A stretch of DNA of 64,000 bases, from positions 4,960,001 through 5,024,000 of the forward strand of contig NW_027361844.1 of assembly GCF_039654945.1 (NCBI RefSeq), given 5' to 3'. Of the stretch, positions 10,316 to 21,542 are shown one piece after another. The notes below the pieces were generated by a model that saw nothing but the letters and a program-made list of their open reading frames with translations, had not been told where the DNA came from and searched no databases. Position 1 is the first letter of the stretch; each line of letters begins with the position of its first letter. The translations under genes were made by a program, and so were the position numbers. This DNA is from Dendrobates tinctorius (taxonomy: Eukaryota).

Positions 10316-10614
10316 TGATTGTTGGTGACTCGCGACCAGTTTGCTGCAAAGTGGCGAAGTCTCCCCCCAATGCCTATGGCGTCATTGTCTCCTCGACCTA
10401 GATGTCGATGCAAATGGGGGACCTCTGTTCTTCCCACTTTGGCTGAAGGAGCCTCTGTAGGAGCTTCTATTAGAACTCGCCCGGCCCCTAAACTCTGACT
10501 GTCCTCTGAAGAAGGAGCCTCTCCGAAAGGACTGGGACCGCCTGGGTTTTTCTTCCGGGAATCCCTTATTTTTATCAGACACCAGCTCAAGGATATTATC
10601 CAGGGCTGGACCAA
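8500..10614 (-). CDS. DIRS reverse transcriptase / RNase H / adenine methyltransferase-like ORF (true start uncertain)
   Basis: LDLKKAYYQV, LPFGLASAPRIF and YLDD (RT); TDASAWGWG, ELFAV, SDN and ADYLSR (RNase H); DLFAS...YAFPP (MT-like). Confidence 0.95.
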   Translation of the reverse strand: MVQPWIISLSWCLIKIRDSRKKNPGGPSPFGEAPSSEDSQSLGAGRVLIEAPTEAPSAKVGRTEVPHLHRHLGRGDNDAIGIGGRLRHFAANWSRVTNNQWVLRTIREGYRIELYSPPPDRYIAPTVVQEDSAMWSDLQDMLDSGVIIPVSPSERGKGHYSSLFAITKKSGETRTIINLKPLNAWVRYRRFRMESIRSAIPLIDRDAVMCTLDLKKAYYQVPIHPSSQSLLRFAISSPARTCHFQFQGLPFGLASAPRIFTKLVVEVVAYLRDQGIVIVPYLDDFLLVARSKEALIRDRIRTTTVMEFLGWVINWEKSDLTPNTRKVFLGVLLDSADRISWLPEQKQKSIQARTRGLLKRQCSIREAMEVLGLMTACIQCVRWAQFHSRLLQREILARWDRSQASLDKPLRLSGRAKESLRWWLQARNLQVGVHWTTSPYVVVTTDASAWGWGAHIEGKIFQGKWPASIRARSSNFKELFAVWEALRRNRSVLKSRHVRILSDNTTTVAFLKHQGGTRHQPLQALAEKIFTWAERTVRSVTAVHLEGSQNEVADYLSRQQIHPTEWELNIEIFNQLCQRWGNPSIDLFASRKNSKVPRFYSLNPMDHPEGVDALSQTWGESLSYAFPPLALIPAVLRKIREDHARVILIVPYWPRRSWFSLLGAMAVEDPVELPLWENIIHQGPIHHPDPARLHLSAWILRGTS

Positions 10615-11800
10615 ACACCCTCAGACCCGAGAAAGGGATGGCACATAACTTGGCCTTAGAAGGGTTATCCCCCGACCAGGATCTAAGCCAGACTGCTCTC
10701 CGGGCCGCATTAGAGAGGGAGCTGTTTCTGGCCGCAAACCTAACAGATTCCGCCGACGTATCCGACAGGAACGCCGTGGCTGATTTCAAAAGAGGAAGAG
10801 ATGCTAGTATCTCTGACCTCGGGGTCTTGTTGGTTAGGTTTTCCTCCAACTGCCCCAACCACAGGAACATAGACCTGGCCACCGAGGTGGCTGCTATGTT
10901 GGCTCTAATCAGGGCCGCCGACGTCTCCCATGTTCTTTTTAACAAGACATCCGCCTTTCTATCCATTGGGTCTCGAAGACCGGATGAGTCCTCGGCTGGG
11001 ATAGCCGATTTCTTCGTAACCTTGGCAACCGGGACGTCGATCTTAGGGACTTCTTCCCACGCCCGAGTTTCCTCAGGATCGAAGGGCAGTCTATTTTTAA
11101 AGTTTCGGGAGAGTGTCAACCGACGCTCTGCTTCTTTCCACTCCTCCTGGATCATTGCTTTGATGTGCTCGCTCACAGGGAACACCACCTGTTTGCGGGA
11201 CACCAGTCCTCCAAACATTAAGTCCTGTCTGGACTGTGGCTTAGGGACTTCTTCCATCTGCATGGTATTTCTGACCGCGTGTACCAGCTCGTCCGTATCC
11301 TCCAGTCTGAACAGATACTTTCTGTTCTGTTCCTGACTATCCCCCAGGATCTCGCCTTCTTCCTCCTGATCTGAGTTCCGGAAATCGGATTCCTCGCTAG
11401 GGCTCGCCTCTGATACTGGGACTGGTTCCCACCTTGGACGCTTGCGACCTGGCCCAGGGCTGGGGGATCGACGCCGGGACGTAGAGGCCTGAATCTCTTC
11501 CCTTATCAGCGACCTCATTTCTGAAAGCAGAGATGGCTGTTCCTCGCCTATGACCCTGGAGGTACAGGGACCGCATAGGGTCTTGCTATAGGTGTCTGGC
11601 AGCTTTACTCTGCACACCGGACATCTGACTGATTTGGCGGTGGCTTTCGCCGGGTCCTTCCCCGAGGGGGACTCAGCCGGGGTTCCCTTTTCCTGATAAT
11701 ATAAGGGCACCTCATCAGATATGGGCTGTGGGGACGGGTGGGGAGGGTGGTCTGCGCTATGCGCACTTACCCCTCCACCAGATGCAGTGTTGCCTTCCAT
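10382..11800 (-). CDS. DIRS ORF1 gag-like protein, 472 aa
   Basis: N-terminal CxxC...CxxC finger (CPVC..CGPC), the motifs PKIDVPV, LRDPMDRK and ARRAVWLRSW, and an Arg/Ser-rich tail. Confidence 0.9.
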   Translation of the reverse strand: MEGNTASGGGVSAHSADHPPHPSPQPISDEVPLYYQEKGTPAESPSGKDPAKATAKSVRCPVCRVKLPDTYSKTLCGPCTSRVIGEEQPSLLSEMRSLIREEIQASTSRRRSPSPGPGRKRPRWEPVPVSEASPSEESDFRNSDQEEEGEILGDSQEQNRKYLFRLEDTDELVHAVRNTMQMEEVPKPQSRQDLMFGGLVSRKQVVFPVSEHIKAMIQEEWKEAERRLTLSRNFKNRLPFDPEETRAWEEVPKIDVPVAKVTKKSAIPAEDSSGLRDPMDRKADVLLKRTWETSAALIRANIAATSVARSMFLWLGQLEENLTNKTPRSEILASLPLLKSATAFLSDTSAESVRFAARNSSLSNAARRAVWLRSWSGDNPSKAKLCAIPFSGLRVFGPALDNILELVSDKNKGFPEEKPRRSQSFRRGSFFRGQSEFRGRASSNRSSYRGSFSQSGKNRGPPFASTSRSRRQ

Positions 11801-13927
11801 CCCCTGGCGGCCGATGCAGTCACACAGTCTGGAACCACCTGTGACGACTCTGGAGAACGCTTTGGTCCAGGAGCGCGCGCGCCCTGGATTTGAAACCGGC
11901 GTCTGACGTCACCGGATGTGACGCTGGTAAGCCGCGCCTCCACTTCCTGCCGGGCATCTGCGCGCGACCGCGCTCGGCGCGAGCAGGGAGCCTTTCCTGC
12001 TATGGCGCTCCGGCCTCCACTGCCCAGCGTCAGCGCGTCCTGCGGGTACTCGGCCCGCCGCCCCACTTCTGTCGGTGCCCGCATGGCCAGCCGCCTGCGG
12101 GGAGCCGACCCGTCCTGGAGCCGAGAGCCCCCCCACCGGGAGGAACGGCTCCCTCCAGGAGCGCCGTCCTGCTCCTGGCCTTTGGAGCCGAGGGACTCCC
12201 CACCGGGAAGTTTCGGCCCCGGGACCTCTTGACAGGGGAAGGATTGGACCGGCCGCACGATCCCCTGGGTCCCTCCGGTAAGCTCTCGCGTGTCCCTCCG
12301 TGCAGGGACAGGAAAAACACTGAGGGAAAGGGGGTGGGACATGGCCTTTTAACCTCTCGTGTGCTTTCCTGTCCCTGTAAGGAGGAGGAGGACGTCCTCC
12401 ATAGTGCTGTCAGGTGGACGTCCTGGAAATAGGTCTGTGATTTCTAATCAGTACTTTGTGTACTTATTTTTCTGTACTTGTATTTTTTTTTTTTTTAAAT
12501 AAAGAAATAAATTTAAAAAAAAATGGCGTAGAGTCTACTGTAATTTTCATAACCAACTGAGGGAAAGCCAACAGCTGGGCGCTGATGATAATATTCTGGG
12601 AAGGGACCAATAGTCATAAAAGGTTCCCAGGCTATTATATTAATATCAGCTCACAGATGTTTGGGCAGTCTTTACTGGTTATTATAGGGGAGACAAAAAA
12701 AAAAAATATGTGGGGTCCACCCTATAATTACTAACTTACTAACTAGCAAAGGCTAAACAAGACAGCTAATACCCTGGAGGGGCCATGGATATTGGCCCTC
12801 TCCGAGACAAAGGACATCAGCCCTCAGCCGCCCCAGAAATGGCACAGTCATAAGATGTACCAATTCAGAAGCTTAGTCTCACTCTTCCCACTTGCCCTAG
12901 TGTGGCGGCAAGTGGGATTGATGTCTGCTGTTTAATGGCTGCTGACATCAAGTCCACAGGTTAGTAATGGAATCAGACGCCTCTAAAGACAAAAATAGAG
13001 TAAAGTTTGACTATAAACAATTCTGAGACGGGGGGAGTTGGGCGGGTGAATCATTCTGACATATTTCCTTTAATGAACTGTCCATGTTAAGTTTAGTATG
13101 TTAGCTAGTAAACTTCAAGATGCACAACATCCTAATGTACTATATAAAGTTTTTGTGAAGTGGAATGAATAACAAGAATAAAAAACTAATTGTGACTTCC
13201 TTTTTTTTTTTTATTAAATAGTTCACCATTTGGTATAATTAACACTTTTTTTCTGTGGACTGATACAGTAGCAAAAGCAAATTTAGTTTTATCTGTTCCT
13301 AATTTTTCATTAAAAAACAAAAACAAAGATTTTTTTCTGTTGAAACATTAAAACAGTTTTTTTTATTACTAGTCTCACAAGAGGACTTGAATATGCGATC
13401 CTCTGATCGTACAGGTGATACACAGCACTATTAATGCATTATCAATATTATGATTTAATGGGGTACCACAGCCATGGTGGGCTATAGTAAAGAATAATGG
13501 GTATGTTGGAAAGAAAAACAAAAAACTCAAGTATGGCACATCCCAATAATAAAAAAATATAATACTGCTATTAAGATTTTTGTAAAAAGTGCGCATGGAT
13601 GAACATAACTGCAAACTAAGTTTAAAATCAATTAAAAATTGCACAATAAAACATTCCACAATAATCAAACAAAAAAGTCCAAAAAAGGAGTGTGGTGCAT
13701 AGACACACTCACAGGGAATACCTATATTGTAAGAACCCAGTGAGCAAATACGGATAAAATAAATCAGAAAATATTATGTGTAGGTGTGAATACACAGAAA
13801 GATACATCAATTCTCACAAAGATATGTTCCTGAATGTATACAGGATTTTGGTTGATGTTAATTTTCCTCTCGGCAACTACATTCCTTACCATTATGTTCT
13901 ACGAAGTCCAAATTAAGACACATTTAC

Positions 13928-13990
13928 CTTGAGCTCCTTGACTTGCTTTACATGAGTCATCATATGAAGAAGAGGGAAGTTCAACAAAAG
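13928..13990 (-). CDS. TRAK2: Candidate TRAK2 alternative cassette exon, 63 nt, phase 1/1
   Basis: Long polypyrimidine tract ending ttctaag, then AAG|gtaaat donor; frame-preserving and stop-free (TFVELPSSSYDDSCKASQGAQ) inside a phase-1 intron. Confidence 0.7.
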
Positions 13991-15273
13991 CTTAGAAAGA
14001 CAGAAAAACAGAAAAGAAATGAAAACAGAAGTAAAGGATTAGAATAATGTGAATGCTTAGTGCGTGTTCACTGGTCAGATTTTTTTCTAATATAGAAGAG
14101 GAAATCTGCACAGACATTTTGCACGTCATGTGAATGGGGGCTGCAGAAATTCCAGGTGATCAAGATTGTTAGTGGTGGTCACATGGAATTTAGTGCAAGT
14201 TACGTAAAATCTGACAGATCTGAAGAGGGTGGAACTGTGTGTGCTCAATATCGGGTACAGCTGTAGAGGTTTTAGAGTATAAAATGAGAAGTATGAAGAA
14301 ATGACAATAGGTAGTAGCAAAATTTACTACTGGAATTACATCCTAACTCCAGGCTTACTGTGAAAATAGTAAGCCTGAATTAAATGTTACTAATAAAATG
14401 TACAATTTTAAGACATGAAAAAAAAAAAAAAAAGTTTTTCCCAGTTTAAATAGGCTGCAACTGGGAGTGATTATTCTATATGCCCTGATGTTGGCAACTT
14501 CTGGAAAGGATGTGCCCTGTTCTATTTTAATAGGGAGAACCTATAAAACCCCCACAAACAAAGACCGAGTGGGTACAGAGCGCACACCCTACTTTAAAGC
14601 CACTTTGTACGTTCAGCTTCATAAAAAGCACCAATGTCTTCAATACTACGACAGCAAATAATGTGTTAGCGAAAATCCAGTGTCGATCATCCCCAATCAA
14701 TCACACACTCACCCTGCAGACTGATCAAACTAAGAATGTCCTCATTATGATTAAAATCCAGCTCCTCGGCGTCCATTATCTCAGAGCGCAGAGCTCCGTG
14801 GTGTGGAAACAGCCGGAGGAGTTACCACTCCTGATGTGCGCACTCTGCGGCTAAGCAAGGTGCTGGGCGAGACCTATATACAGACTAGTGTACACTTTCC
14901 CTGAGGCCATAAAAATGAGCCCAACCCAGTTCGGAGGACAAAAAAACCTCAATAATCGCCTGTGCGGTAATGCTTCTGCCATCAGCCTAGCTGTAAATCA
15001 TTTAACTGGCACATTAAATTACGGAGATTATACATACAATGTGCGGATAGGATACACAACATACAGGGTTAAAGGAGTATCAGCAATGCCGTATCTCGGC
15101 AATTACTAGTGTTATGTCAGAGGCCTTGAAATCAGCAGCAGATACCGGCAGCTCATTACGCTACATTGATACAAGGAGATGTGAAAAATGCTTTAAATAT
15201 TTATATGTCACTTGCGAAACAGGAACGTGGAGTTATCATGAATGGATATAGGAAAGGTGCAGGGGAGGTAAGG

Positions 15274-15319
<46 letters not shown>

Positions 15320-16391
15320 TTTTTTTTTTTATTAATGCGCCATGGCCAAGTGTTTTTTTTCATCCAATTTTGGATTAAAGGGGCTGTCGACCTATTTAGG
15401 AGCAATGTTTTTTTCCTTATATATTTTTGGCTAAAAAAAAAAAAAAAAAAATTTTGTAATTGGGTTTCCTTTCATCCCTTGTGGAATTTTTATGCCAACG
15501 AGCCACAAGAACAGGGGGATTTACAGCTCTCAGACCAGTCTCCCCGCCGGGCCTCCCTTCACTGACTGGCAGGTTTCTTAAAGACTACCTTTGTCCATAA
15601 GCCCAGTTAGGGTGTAGGGCGTCACAGGACGGTCCCCTGCTCAAAATCCATTCTATGGGCCAAATGAGCCAGTTGCTAGAGTAGTTCTTGCAGACCTACT
15701 AGGGTTGTCCATGGACTGATTACACAGATTATTGCACCAGCAGACTGTAATCTTACAGAAAATAAAAAGCAGCATTTTTCCAGGAAACAGCAGCCAATCA
15801 CCAATAGGTATAGATTTGCCGTACTTATAGCAATGATGCAATTTCCATGCAAGCTTTGTTTAATAGGAGGCTTTAGAAGTTCAACTTCTTTTGACCTAGT
15901 GGTTAAATATAAGCTCCCCCGGAGGGACATCAGCGTATACCCGGCCCGGTGGTGTATGAATGCACTTACTTGTGTTCACCGAGCAGCACAGAGCGGTAAA
16001 TGGAGAAATATGTACAAAACGAGCAATGTTAGAGATGCCCACCATATAGCATGGCTCCAAGTAAAATATCCTAAAAATCTAATAATCACACTCCAAGCAA
16101 TAGGTACAATATAGAACGCTAAAGGTGGTCATAAGGGGAAAGGCATGTGTCCTCATGGGAGAGAAGCCACCACCACTGGTGCTGGCAGCAGATAACGCCC
16201 CCCCCACCCAATTGAGAACACATGTCGCTTGACCAAACTGAGCATACAGTATATGTTTGGGTAAGGGGTTAAGGGGGGGGAGGGGGGGGGGGTAAAAGGG
16301 ATAACTCTAGGCCTCAACCAATAACAAATGAAGGTGCATAGGTAACTATAGATATAGTGCGGCAAGAACAAGCATCAAAAGTGACTCTTAC

Positions 16392-16589
16392 TCATGTAAC
16401 GGAAAGTCTCTTCAGCCAGGACAGGAGAAAGGCTTCCGAGGCCATTGCTTTGGCGCGTTGGGGAGTGTTGTATCCAGTCTTGGTGTTCATAGAGATACAA
16501 GGAGTCCACCCGTAACTTGTACTGAGGGAGCTGGTCTTCTAGCAAATTAACCAGTTCCACCTCAGGGGTATCCTGGCTGTGACAGACAT
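16392..16589 (-). CDS. TRAK2: TRAK2 coding exon, 198 nt, phase 1/1
   Basis: Encodes (D)VCHSQDTPEVELVNLLEDQLPQYKLRVDSLYLYEHQDW...LSPVLAEETFRYM; ccacag acceptor and gtaaga donor. Confidence 0.96.
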
Positions 16590-16967
16590 CTGTGGAGAAC
16601 ATTTCACAAAACATACTGAGAGATGTACAAGTAAGACTCAGTCCGATGTCTTGTTTTTTTAATCTCTCCATACGGACACCTCCACCAACACGGATTCACA
16701 CTTTTACATAAAATAGTCTTTTTAGGAGCACATTTATAGTATGGAAAGGATTTTTTTGGTTGTTATACTGCAGGTATGGAGTTATTTTTTTTGTCTGTAC
16801 ACATTTCTAATAATTTGTGTAAAATGGAACCTGACATGTCATTTGTAGCTTGTAAATTGTCCCCAGTGCATTGTTAGTGATGCAATGTGCATTGCTAACA
16901 TTTTATTCATTAAAATAGCTGCTTATCAAAAAGCCATTTATATAGTTGTATCTTACCTGCTCGTTTA

Positions 16968-17348
16968 AGGTACTGTCACACCAATATCGCTATAACTTGT
17001 GACGTTATAGCGGTATTGCTAGCGATATCGCTGTGTCTGATACTTACCTACGACCGCTCCCCCGCTGGTTATCGCTGATCGCGCGAGAACGTCCAGGACT
17101 GTTTCTCGTCGTCAGCTTCCTGCGGCGCTTCCTGTGGAGAGACGAGCGACGAGCACGGAGCCGGGTGGGAGGACGTCAGGATCGCCTAGTGTGACAGGTA
17201 AGTAGCGACCCCCGACCCCAGCGATGTCGCTGGTGAGATCTGCCTGTGTGGCAGCTCACTAGCGACCACCTAGCGATTCACCAGCGATCCTGACCGCGTC
17301 ATATCGCTGGTCGGGATCGCTGGTGCATCGCTAAGTGTGACAGTACCT
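16968..17348. mobile_element. PIF/Harbinger-type MITE nested in a T2-like MITE (~16823-17498)
   Basis: TIR AGGTACTGTCACAC/GTGTGACAGTACCT with TTA on both sides; the flanking sequences are themselves inverted repeats ending caggttctctttaa. Confidence 0.8.
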
Positions 17349-18571
17349 TTAGTCCTAGCAGTGATACAACTATATAAAAGGGCTTTTTGATAAGGATTAC
17401 AGCAGCGATTTTAATAAAAAAAAAAAAAAAACATATTGCATCACTAACAACGCACTGGGGTCAGTTTACATGCTACAAATGATATGACAGGTTCTCTTTA
17501 ATGGCGGCCATTCAGAGGATCAGACAGCCCGTAACATAAATCTTCCTCAGTTCTCACAGTCCTGGAAGTTTTTTATTTTTTTAGGATAGATGATAGTGTG
17601 ATTTCTCATGTACTTATGTTGACTTTGCTTTTGCTTTAAAAGTTCTATATTTCCAGGTAATGGCTACAGGACATGTGCAATAAATTCATCATAAACACCC
17701 AACCACATTATTATATAATACTAACATAGGACATCTCTTTCAACTACAAAAAAAGAAAAAAAAAAAGTTTGAAAAACACTTAAAGGGGCTATCCAAGACT
17801 AAATTATTTCTTTACTGTGAGCCAAAAAAAAAACAAAAAAAAAAACACAGGCATGTAGTTGCTATCAGCTCAGATTAGTCACCGACGTCTCCTGCCAGCA
17901 ATTCAGCTGCTCCTTGTCACCAGTGCAGCTCTTCTTCTGGGCTGCTCTGTCGACACGGTGTGAATGCCGGTATCATGCCAATTGACAGCCGGCTCCTCAC
18001 TACATAACTGCAGCATGAGATTGGAAGCCACAACCAGTCAATAGAGCAGAGTGGAAGAGAAGCCGCTGTTCTTTTGACGGGACGTCAGCAGAAGCCACAG
18101 AATCGCCGGAAGCAGCAGTCAGTGATCTGCGCTGGATAGTTAGCAACTACCAGCCTGTTAAATTTTTACTGTTGGCCTAAGAACTAATATAGTCCTGAAT
18201 AACCCCTTTAAATTATCACATGATCAGTGCAGTATCTATCAAAACTGAATATCCAATATAGGGAAACGGAATGGCGGGTCGTATCACACCCCAGCAAAAT
18301 CGCCTACTACCTGGGAAACATGGCAGGTCCTTTATAAAGATAAACATGTTTTCACTTTACACAACTTGTTAGGTAATAACCTGATAACGATACCAAAGTT
18401 CTCATCCTCAATCAGATGATCACTATATGCTGCAGATATAAAGCTCATTAACATGCCGCTGCAGATCAGGAGAGGGCTGCGCTCTTCCCGCTGATAACGT
18501 ATATGTGATGGGGTCACCAGGGAGAGGCTTGGATATTTAGCTTTCATATTCACCTAACATTTCAGACTTAC

Positions 18572-18608
18572 CATTGCCAGGCGCCGAGTCTCCGTGGTGG
18601 ATATTCAT
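18572..18608 (-). CDS. TRAK2: TRAK2 first coding segment (within exon 18572-18809, which also carries 5'UTR)
   Basis: ATG at 18608 gives MNIHHGDSAPGN-(D), alignable to recalled human MNSNHRDSESITD; G|gtaagt phase-1 donor; poly-T plus gcag acceptor at 18811-18810. Confidence 0.8.
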
Positions 18609-21542
18609 GAGTTTATGTTTACTCGCTAGGAGGTTGATAGCATCTACTCCGATTGTAGTCTAGCTTTAAGAAGTAAGGAGAAAACACAGCTTCTTCTATG
18701 ACGGCCGAAGCGGTCAGGATTGCATCTGCTGAAATCTTTGCTGGTTCAGGGCATATCTCGATCATGATGAGAACCTTCTCACTTCACCTTCCTTTTACAG
18801 TCTTCATAGCTGCAAAAAAAAAAAAAAAAGTAATTTTTCAATATGAATAAGATCCCTGAGAAGTAATGACATTTATAAGTAAAGTGAAAGGTAGGATTCT
18901 TCCATGTACAAGAACCGTCCAAAGGCCACGAGAAAGAATCGGACAATACTGGGTGTGAGAAGTGAGCGAACAGTTATGTAACAAAGTTTGGTTTGGAAAT
19001 CTAAAGTAATGGGATGAGACGTCTGGGATATTTATTTATATAGGCAAATTATCTGCTGTATTGTACACGTGGAAAAACACAGTTATGTAAAAGCCTGCCT
19101 GCAAAAGGCGCTACGAGCCCGATCCAGAGAGGCGTCTTGTCAATGCTAATTATATTGTCTTTTTGGCGCTGTATACGCAGTGTAAAAAACACAAAGTGAC
19201 ATGCGATTCGTGGATGTAATTTCTAGCAAGCACAAATAAACTGGGCTGGGTACACACTTCATGTGTAGACTGTAAAGGCCCCGTCACACACAGCGATCTC
19301 GCCCCATTGTTTTAAAGACCACATAGTCTGAAATGCCGGCTGGGAGCCATAGTGGCAGACCTGACTGTTCCGTTACACGGCCCATCACTGGTGTGCGCAG
19401 GGTTATACAAAGCACTGAGAACTGGTAGATCATGCACCTGGAAGTTGTTTTTCCCTTTCTCCAGTACATTATATGAAGAAACAAGTCCTCACAAGGCCAT
19501 ATTGAAGGAACAATAAAGAAAAGTTATGGCTCTGGGAGAGGAGCGAAAAAAAACAAAAAAAACTGGACCAGAGGGGTTGGGGGAGGGAGGCATCAAAAAT
19601 GACAGCACTCCAGACGAGAGATCATGAAAACATGAGCTCTTTATTCCCTCATGTATGTGTGACCCATTCATGGCTTGAGTAAAGCGCACGACTGGAAGAG
19701 GCGAAACATGCACTCATCCAGGAAAGTGACCCACATAGATGCTTCTTCATGCTTCGTTACCATGGCAGTGCCATTTTAATTTACTATAATGGGGAATATT
19801 CCCAGCATGTACAGAGGATTGCACATTTCTGCCCGGATTAAGAGTAATTAAACAACCAATTAAAATGCTGAATCAGATGCACGAAGCATGTAATCCCCCT
19901 TAGGACCAGAACAGTTCATGTTGTAATGGAAACCAGGGTCACAATTCACAGGTAGATTAGTATCAAGGTTTGAAAACTGAGCAGATGTTTTACATTTGTA
20001 AGCAGGAATACACCATTACTACAAATGTTATTACACTATGACAAATACCCAACAGTCCACTACACACGCAACTTTATGACAATATTATGTTACCATATAT
20101 GTCAATTCTTTGTGCGGATTCCGCTGTGGTTTCACACCTTCTCCATTGTAGAGGTGTGAAACCACAGGGCTAAACTGCAGGCAAATCATAGGTCTTTTGA
20201 CCTAAGAATTTACCTGCGTATTTTTCCAAATCCGCGCGGACCTAAATCTACGTGTGCGCATAGCCTTAAGGGACTCGGCACAGGATGACCGTTCACAGCA
20301 GGACCTATCATTAATATACACCTTCCCACCTGCTTGCTTCCCCTCTATATTCATCCCCCTCTTTGATTGACAGCTCGGGCTTCACAGAGCCAGGAAAGGG
20401 AGGAGATAGATGGAAACCAAGCAGGTGGGAAGGTACATATAAATGACTGGTCCCACCATGAAGCATCAAGCAGCTGGACTTGGTGTGAACAGTCATGCTG
20501 TGTTGACAGAGTTCCTTTAAAACCTGACTATTGACCATCACTGGGTGCAATAATAGAACGGTTATCTAAGCTGTTAAACCAGAAAAAAAAAATTATAGAA
20601 AGTTAAATATTAAACTCAAACTTTTATTCCCCAAGACTGGGATCAAATAAAAATTCCTGAATTTAAAGAAACCTGGATTTGCCTCTAGAAGATATTAGAA
20701 GCATGTTATCAGCCTCCTGATGCCCTCCTTAATGATGCCTGGATTAGCAGCAGCATTGATTGACAGCGGTCCTGGATTGTCAATATTACCAAATAAAGAA
20801 ATAGAGGTTACGCCAATAACCATGAAGACTTCTCAGCTTACTGAATGTCAGCAAACAAGCAGGATAAAACCGGGAGGATACACAGGACTTATGTCCAATT
20901 TCCATCCTCAGATGCATTCTCCAGGCTTATACTTGAGAGGGAGGTGATCACCTTCATATCTCCCTCCTGTGCGTCACAAGTTCCTTGGTATAAACATTAA
21001 TAACTTTACAAATAGCAAAACTAATGTATTTAAAAAAAACCCAAAAACATTTAATAAAAAATACAAAGGAAGAACAATGTTATCAATCTCATAGAAAAGG
21101 GGGTACATTTTTATATTGAAGTTGATGATGATTTAGCGGACCGACCAAAGTAGCCACCAATTCTGTCTATTACAGGATGTATAATTGTGAGGGACATGCT
21201 TCTAAGAGGGCAATACAGTTAGAATAGGAACAACAAAATAGAATATAATCTCTATATATAAAACTGAGTGTGTGTGTGTGTGTCACCAACCAATCACAAA
21301 GCATCTTTCATTTCAACAGAGCTGGTTAAAAGAAGCTGAGCTGTGACTGGTTGCTATGAGCAAGTTTTCCCACTTGACAACACCTCAGCAGACACTGGCA
21401 TGGTGGGAGAAATCTAGCATCCCCAGGAACATAAGCTCCCAGCCATCATCTGCCCCCCAAAAAGGAGCACATGACAGAAATGAATCCCCCCCTCCTGTGC
21501 CCATTTACACATCACACATCCGCCATCATATAGGCACATCTT

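Larger units (their letters stand above)
7121..12429 (-). mobile_element. Full-length, apparently intact DIRS1-type tyrosine-recombinase retrotransposon in a TRAK2 intron
   Basis: Inverted terminal repeats identical over 97 bp (7166-7262 and 12318-12414); internal complementary region 7380-7466 joins the complements of both termini; three uninterrupted ORFs (gag, RT/RH/MT, YR). Confidence 0.97.

Noticed and set aside
10638-12432. Antisense and overlapping ORFs (232, 191, 180 aa and others) over DIRS gag and its leader
   Set aside because: Expected shadows of GC-rich coding and leader DNA; no recognisable motifs
1401-18608. Assignment to TRAK1 or HAP1 instead of TRAK2
   Set aside because: The peptides fit TRAK2 better, and the head-to-head STRADB neighbour is TRAK2 synteny
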